From assembly GCA_052426225.1 (NCBI GenBank), contig JBNJNM010000012.1:868001-932000 (forward strand): a stretch of 64,000 bases of DNA. The letters are read 5' to 3'. This stretch comes from Zancudomyces culisetae HAW-14-8 (lineage: Eukaryota > Fungi > Kickxellomycota). This document shows, in pieces, positions 59,108 through 64,000 of this stretch (positions are counted from its first letter, which is position 1; every line of letters begins with the position of its first letter). The notes below the pieces were generated by a model. That model did not search any database, was not told where the DNA came from, and was given only the letters and a program-made list of their open reading frames with translations. The position numbers were made by a program, and so were the translations under genes.

Positions 59108-61922
59108 ATTCAAAAAAATACAATAAAATTATGCTTTTTCTTGCTGAAAAAGAGGTTGCAGTCAAAAATATAAAATACAAATCGGAGTAATAAGGGAAAA
59201 ATGGATGTCAACTTTGTCCGATTTTTCAGGCTCATCAATAAGCAAAAGCCAGCAACATTACTTGTTTTAGCGTGTAAAAATTACCAAATGTAGTTTGCCT
59301 ACATTTAAAGCTGTGTCTGGAATTTTTTTAAAGGTTTCGCTAAATCTTTTTTTTTCGCACTGCAACTATCGGCTCACCCAAAGATTTACGAGCCGAAAAC
59401 CTTTTATCCAATTTCATCATAGGTGTACAAACTAAAATTACTATTTTAGAACTGTTGGTCTACTATCCTTGTCAAAATAGCTTTTATAGTTAGTTCTAGG
59501 GCTATTCTTCGTAACATCCCGCAAATGCTGTAGTTTAATACCTGCCCATTTTAAAAATAGCTATAAACGTAAGTATCTTTTTAATAAAAGCAGGTTGGAT
59601 GCATGAAAACTAATGATTCGTAGTTGTTTAATTGATTGTGCTTTTCCTAAAAACCGAGAACATAAATGTGGCTATCGTGCTCTCTATTGGAATGTATGAA
59701 AAAAAGGAAAAAAGTCAGTGGGCTCTAAAGTTCTAGAAAGTGCAACAAAAGTACTACAAACGATGTTCTGCTCTTCACCATCTTATATTACCATGCATAT
59801 CTCTTGATATATTATACCTAGACTCAGATTCTCGTTCGAAGGACCCAAACTTATGCTGGTAAAAAAAAAGAAAGCCTATATTTTATTACAACCTTTCTGG
59901 CCAGGAAAAGATGCAGTAATGGTTTGTTTCCTTTTTTAGCATTAAATTTGGTATTTACTAATTGGAAAGCGGCAAGTAAGATGCCCTTGATGGTTAAATG
60001 AGCCAGAGTTCTTGTACTTTTCTATACGATAAACTCATAATCACCCTGTGCTACCTACAGAACTTTATCGGAATGGCGATTGACGTTTTACAATTGTGAT
60101 AACAGAAAAAAGGAAAGCAGGCATTGCACCAGGTGTGCTTGAAAATTATAATGTAGAATTTCTAGAAATAATATTCTGCGAATATAAGAGCGGCTAGAAA
60201 AACTACTTTTACTATGTCCTTTTAAGTTACTGGTAATAAATAGTGGCAATTTTCCTTTTTTTCGCTTTGAACTCGTGGTAAGTCTTAAAAGTAGTTTCAC
60301 CACATTACCATGTGGACCTAAGCGCTAAGTTGAGATAAATAGGATTAATAAACACATTTAGTGGCGTGATATTTGGTATACAGTAAAAGATATAACACAT
60401 AGTAGATTTAATTTTCAAGAGAACACTCTCATTTTAGGATGTAGTGGTTTAGTAGCAATACTGCTAGATCATAATTTGAGGTGGGAATTCAAAATTATGT
60501 TATTTAGGTCTACACTTTAGCATGCTGAATTCGAATGATTTAAATATAATCTAGTATGAAAATAAAAAAAATTATTATCCATCCCGGAGCGAAGTGGAAC
60601 AGAATGAAACAAATAATACTGAGTAGCAAAACAGTGCCTCAAAATTGCATATGTGCCTTTTAATACAAGTCGGGCTTAAGGCTGAATCAAGATTAGCTTT
60701 TTTTATTTCTTGGGTTAAAAAGCATTTGTATTACGGATACACCGCCTTTGGTCGTATTAGTATTCGGTTTACTCTACAACAAATAAATATATTGTTAAAT
60801 TCAAGCTACTGGGCACAAAATGGGCTCTGGCCTACCTTGTTAGTGTGGGGACTGCTGGGCTTTGGTATTTTGGTCTGTCTTGCAAAGTCAAGCTGGCCAC
60901 CAGGATGACTGCCAAGCGAGTTTTCTACAATTTTTTTGACTTCTGCCCTCATCTCCTTAGTTCTAAAATCAAATAGAAAGTAAAAACATTGGTAGCAAAC
61001 AACCTATGGGTCAACGTTAACCGATAGTATAGAGTAGAGAAATTATTACTTGAATTGATCGAATAGAAACTCTTGCCACTTGGGAGTTAAATAATGCGAC
61101 AGCAGTGCAATTGCTTCACATGTCCTTAGACCTATGTTACATTAATTTAAGTTAATAATCTGATTCAATCTGTAAATTTATAAAAAATGTACCATTTATC
61201 AATCTGTGATCGTCCATCATTAAGCATTCCTTGCTTCTAGTTGATTTTGCCAAGCAGTTGATATCCTTATAACCTCCCAGAATACACTCGACCTGTTATT
61301 ATTTTTACTCATTTATTAAATATATGTACTAGTAACAATAAAATAATTGTGAAGGTACCTTTTTTACTAACCAGTCTCCGACTTTTGATTCATTTAACCG
61401 TACAAACAAGTCAGTACCAACATCTGCAACATAAAAAAGCAGATGTTTAGTCTTATATAAGTAGGTTACTAAGCCCAGCAGTCGAGTTTAGTAGAATAGA
61501 ATAAAGTAAAAGAGGATTATAATGTCATTTCACCTTCTGTATCACATATCCTTGGTATAGAGCCGTTCAAAACCGATTCAAGCTGCAAAAAATATTTTAC
61601 ATCCTCGCTTATCTCTTGATCCCGAAACTTCGCCTCTAAGTGTAAGCTGCTATATTCGACATATTTTGACTATACATACATTCATGGATAGTTTTCGTTT
61701 ATAACCCATTCTCAGTGAAAAAATACAATAATAATAGTTATAATAAATAGGCTTACCGGTAATGAGGTACTTTCTAGAATACAAAGTAATATAAATGTCT
61801 CGTCAATCTCCGACATTATATAGAATGATCCATCTAAGAAATTTAAAACAAAAATATTTTAGGGGTAACTTGTAATAAACGAGTTACAGGATTATAAATA
61901 AACTAAACTTCAAGTAAGAAAG

Positions 61923-62348
61923 TTAATAAACTTTAAAATGGTATGGGAATTGACTGATTGGAATACCTTTATACATGTTGTTTCCAATCAACCAACTTTG
62001 TTTCATCGTCAAATCAACCTTGGATGTCTGTAATAGCTGTTTGTTGGCACTTTTATAATATACTAGTGCTTTCTGACCTATGCGTTTATTTATTTTAAAA
62101 GAATTGTATTCAATCGAAATATTATTCATTTAGATAATTCATGTACAAGAATTGTTGTTGTTAAATTTACCATTAGAAGGTTTGGGTAGGTATAAAGCTT
62201 TTAGGCCTAAAATATTCACAGTATTTCTTATTATGAAGTATTTCGCAAAGAGTACTTCCTTTATTGCTTTAAGAATCGAGGTATATGCTAAAGTACCAAA
62301 ATATAAGAGTGTATAACTTTTACTTTCACTTACCCGCTTGTTCATCAT
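61923..62348 (-). pseudogene. Possible degraded ORF remnant
   Basis: Two ~69-codon ORFs lie in the same frame, separated by TGA-ATT-ATC-TAA. No family recognised. Confidence 0.2.
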
Positions 62349-64000
62349 TTCCGATACTTGGTGAAATTAGTACATTTAATTTGCTGTTATTCGTTGCCAT
62401 ACTCTATGGTTTATTGTCGGTGTATAAATTGCAAGGTCTGTTTTCGTGGTTTTAAAGGTAAATCTCGATTTAGTTGGTCTATGTTTTAAATTCTTGAATT
62501 TATTTACATTAAAAGATGGTAGAATTTAGTTCAAATCAATCTAAGGTCTCAAAAATAAGCAAAACATTTGTGGCCAATTGGCTCTGGAACGCTAGATCAA
62601 AAGATTGTGCATAATTCACCCAAATCTGTGTTGTGAGATTTCGTTGTTTATTACTAAAAAAATGTAACACAAGCTAATAGGGCTAAATGTACTTATTTAG
62701 GCAGACATAGTTTGTGAGCTGAACTCCAAAACAGGTTAATGCCAAATTTTCCCTAATATTTCTATGAAAGTGGTAAATGCCCATAATCACTGCCGTGGCA
62801 TCAGTTTAAAAAATATATCTATTTTGCAATAGTTGTTATACCTACAGATTGAATAATTTTGTGGAGGTAAAAAAAGTTCATAAACTGACATGTTTAGGCA
62901 TTACTCTGCGATCTAACTTGAGATTTGCATTTCACAAGTATAACTATTTTACTAAATCGAATTGAAAAAGATAAAAAAAAATACTGTCATTTCTAATATG
63001 TAATTTTTGTGCATACTTCAGAACAATATTGTATAAATGCCAATGGTTTGGATAACAAAAGTAATATCCAGAAGTTCCAAATTCAAATCTAGCTAATGTC
63101 AAAAAATTGTCACTAGGTAACAAAGATAGCATTTAAGCATAGTATTCTACTATCCGCTTAAAACAAATTTGAGAGTTACAACGATTGTATTGAAAAAAAT
63201 AAGAGACAAATCGACTTTGAGAAAAATCAATATATATAATGTTTAAGGCATTGTACATATGCAATTTTATCATTATGGCCTACTTCAACTCTAAAATTCA
63301 AGATCAATATATTAAGATGGATTTATACAAGTGTTTTAAAAAATATATTTTTTCATACAGTGAAAATACACTAACTATGAATAATAAATACAGTTCAGTA
63401 ACACAAGTCACCTATAAGGAGCGGAGAAAAAGGTGCAATGTGTCAAAGGAGAATATTAGGACAGGTAAACATAAATTCTGGCTTTTAAACACTAACACGA
63501 ATTTCTAATTTTAACACAAGTTTAAACCTATACAGTTATCAGAGCAATTGAGGATAATGTCCCCACAGTTACAAAAGATATTCCAGAACATATAACCAAA
63601 TCCGAGAACAACCGTGAGCTGAAACGTCTAAACTCAATAATTATAGTTTACCCTTATATTAACGATTAAATAAAAATATATACATGATAGGCAACATAAC
63701 AGCTATATTAAAAAAAAAAGATACAAATGTAAAAACGAAAAAGCATGAATCAACCTATGATACCAATTCTCCTAGGGTAAAAGCTGAGCAAGAGTATTTT
63801 TTCAAGCCTTCCAACATAAATGGGGATACTCACTTAGCTGTAACAAGTATGAACATTGGACTCATAAAAATGTATGTTTTTATTATCAGAAACAAAAAGA
63901 ATTCAACAAGATTAATAAACATAGCTTGTGTACAAATAGAAGCAATATAGAAAACAAGCCCAAACGCAAAAAAAAGTTAGATAGATATGCAAGTCATCAG

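Overview
AT-rich, intron-containing eukaryotic DNA. Gene content and short GT-AG introns point to an early-diverging fungus, plausibly Zoopagomycota/Harpellales (inference, not a database result). The first ~10.3 kb is the unusual part. A tRNA-Ser(GCT)-tRNA-Val(TAC) tandem with a 3-nt spacer occurs twice as an inverted duplication. The right copy carries an intact Ty3/gypsy LTR retrotransposon (324-bp LTRs with no mismatch seen, single 1501-aa Gag-Pol) ending 8 bp upstream of tRNA-Ser. A second, different LTR-like fragment starts at the same upstream A-run of a duplicated flank, and the left copy preserves the empty site. Together these suggest a tRNA-gene-targeting retrotransposon system at a locus that has been homogenized and re-targeted. 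The rest is mostly housekeeping genes: ECM29, ARHGAP39-like, Rab8/SEC4, NIC96, RMP1/NEPRO-like, omega-like GST, COX6, an SLC35F5-like transporter, CEF1, PCT1, a CBS protein and a CFA synthase. Several genes are familiar from animals but absent from budding yeast: MED25 with giant polyQ tracts, HROB, and a DDIAS-like OB-fold protein. The last ~6 kb holds only degraded ORF remnants. All calls are by eye from motifs, and no searches were run.
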